A stretch of 26,954 bases of DNA from Candidatus Acetothermia bacterium (GTDB lineage: Bacteria; Bipolaricaulota; Bipolaricaulia; M55B111). This document shows positions 25,598 through 26,954 of the stretch, piece after piece. Position 1 is the stretch's first letter; each line of letters begins with the position of its first letter. Under the pieces are notes generated by a model. That model saw nothing but the letters and a program-made list of their open reading frames with translations, ran no database searches and was not told the origin of the DNA. Location of the stretch: NCBI GenBank assembly GCA_046543235.1, contig JBKGZT010000013.1, positions 1-26,954 of the forward strand. Direction: 5' to 3'. The translations under genes were made by a program, and so were the position numbers.

Positions 25598-26954
25598 TAT
25601 CTTCCTCCTATGGTGACGTCCTCGATCCGCAGGTGGGGTGAGCCATCAGTGACTGGTAGAGGCATCTGTCCTCCCTTTCCGCAGCCGCCGGCGGATCCAA
25701 TTATATCTAGGTCGTTTCCTATACCGGTTATGTTGTCCAGCGATTCGAATATATTTCCGGTCAAAACCACGTCCCTTACCATCGGTCCAACTTCCCCATC
25801 CTCAATCAGGTGGCCGTAACCGGCGCTGAAGGTAAATTGCTCGAGCTGAGTCTGGCCCCCGTAGGCGTCTTTCGCGTATATCCCATGATCGATTGAACCG
25901 ATTAGCTCGTCAAAAGATTTATCCCCCTCTTCAATATACGTATTGGTCATTCTAACTATCGGCTCGTAACGGTAGGATATCGCCCTGGCATTGCCGGTAG
26001 GTTCCTGGCCCATCTTTTTCGCCGTTTCTCGCGAGTGGAGAAAACTGTTTAACTTACCGTCTTGTATTAGGTAGGTCTTCCTACGCGGCACCCCCTCGTC
26101 GTCGTAAGGAAGGTTTCCCCTCTTGCCTGCGATAAAACCTTCGTCGACGACGTTTAGGTTTTCCGGGCCGAATTCTCGTCCTAATTTCATTACCTCTTTT
26201 AACCTCTCGTTTTTGTAGACATGGTCGGCCTCACAGAGGTGGCCAAACGCTTCGTGAATGAAGACTCCGGCCAACTTAGGGTTGAGAAGTACCGTGTAGT
26301 TTCCACCTTCCACTGGCTCGGCCTCGAGTAGAGATACGGAACGTTCCGCGACCTCCCTTGCCATTTCCTCCCTGTTTTCAACGTGTTCGAACCCTCCGGC
26401 ACGGCCGATACTGTCGTGAGCGGTCTGAACGTTGTTTTCTCCCTTCCTTGCCACGGCAACCAGCGCCAGGGTGATGTCGGGAATTTCCTGGTATATCCTG
26501 GTACCCTCGGTATTCACGTAGGTGAGTTTCCTGAAGGAATCCCCATATACGGCTTTGGTCGACTCGATTCGCTCGTCGTGACCCCGGATCAACTTGTTAT
26601 AATTTCGAACGACGTCGCGTTTCTTTTCCAAAGGTACTTCCCTGAAATCGTCCTTCAGCTCGGAGTATACTTTCTCTTCCCGTGGTTCCACGCTGGCAAG
26701 TTCTACCTCGTGATCTAGCTGCGATGCCGTTTCCTTTCCGATTTTGCTTGCCTCTTTAACCTTTTCCTCGAGTTCTTCCAGGGAGTTGAACGTCGCAATA
26801 CCCCATCCTCCCCGAACCAGAGTCCTGACAATACCTCCGGCCTCCTGTGAGGAATCGAGGTTTATCAGGTTGTCCTTTTCGTACTTCACCTCGGTTCGCC
26901 ATTCCCTTTCCAGCCTTATTTCGGTGAATTCGCCCTTGCTTGCTTGTAGTGCAT
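25597..26954 (-). CDS. tldD: TldD metalloprotease, 5'-truncated by window edge
   Basis: HEAFGHLCEAD (HExxxH), YDDEG, TGNARA, VRMTNT, GCGKGGQ. Frame stays open upstream of 26889 (…ALQASKGEFTEIRLERE…) to the window end. Confidence 0.94.
   Translation of the reverse strand, partial: ALQASKGEFTEIRLEREWRTEVKYEKDNLINLDSSQEAGGIVRTLVRGGWGIATFNSLEELEEKVKEASKIGKETASQLDHEVELASVEPREEKVYSELKDDFREVPLEKKRDVVRNYNKLIRGHDERIESTKAVYGDSFRKLTYVNTEGTRIYQEIPDITLALVAVARKGENNVQTAHDSIGRAGGFEHVENREEMAREVAERSVSLLEAEPVEGGNYTVLLNPKLAGVFIHEAFGHLCEADHVYKNERLKEVMKLGREFGPENLNVVDEGFIAGKRGNLPYDDEGVPRRKTYLIQDGKLNSFLHSRETAKKMGQEPTGNARAISYRYEPIVRMTNTYIEEGDKSFDELIGSIDHGIYAKDAYGGQTQLEQFTFSAGYGHLIEDGEVGPMVRDVVLTGNIFESLDNITGIGNDLDIIGSAGGCGKGGQMPLPVTDGSPHLRIEDVTIGGR

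Noticed and set aside
1..26954. CRISPR array, transposase/integrase, riboswitch, or Sec/Pyl/frameshift recoding
   Set aside because: No spaced repeats or mobile-element genes; recognised genes appear full length with no interrupted frames; no riboswitch consensus recognised by eye (a covariance-model search was not run)

Overview
Compact, housekeeping-type bacterial chromosomal segment. It has sigma70-like promoters, Shine-Dalgarno sites and a CCA-encoding tRNA. I see no mobile element, CRISPR array or recognisable defence island. Gene order: sfsA (5'-truncated), uvrA-uvrC, orphan wecB (-), exported tandem-HKD PLD-family enzyme, archaeal-type AbrB-PhoU regulator, 97-aa acidic Gly/Met-rich orphan, tRNA-Ala(CGC) (-), iscS-iscU-HDAC-like deacylase-Thermotoga-type RNase Z, HlyIII/TrhA and SDR-type tdh (-) divergent from kbl-lipB-lipA-lplA-like-LamG protein, HD hydrolase (-), DUF4015-like glycoside hydrolase, and tldD (5'-truncated)-pmbA-LonC-like protease (-). 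The Glu/Asp-rich proteins and several archaeal- or Thermotoga-like genes suggest a halophilic deep-branching bacterium, possibly Bipolaricaulota/KB1 (inference only). The most interesting leads are the GGM-repeat/coiled-coil orphan beside the tRNA, the PLD with Tdp1-like Gln/Glu asymmetry next to a PhoU regulator and palindrome, the TM-type RNase Z in an iscSU-HDAC unit with an IscR-like operator, and a divergent LplA paralogue in a threonine-catabolism/lipoylation cluster. All calls come from motif recognition by eye; no searches were run.
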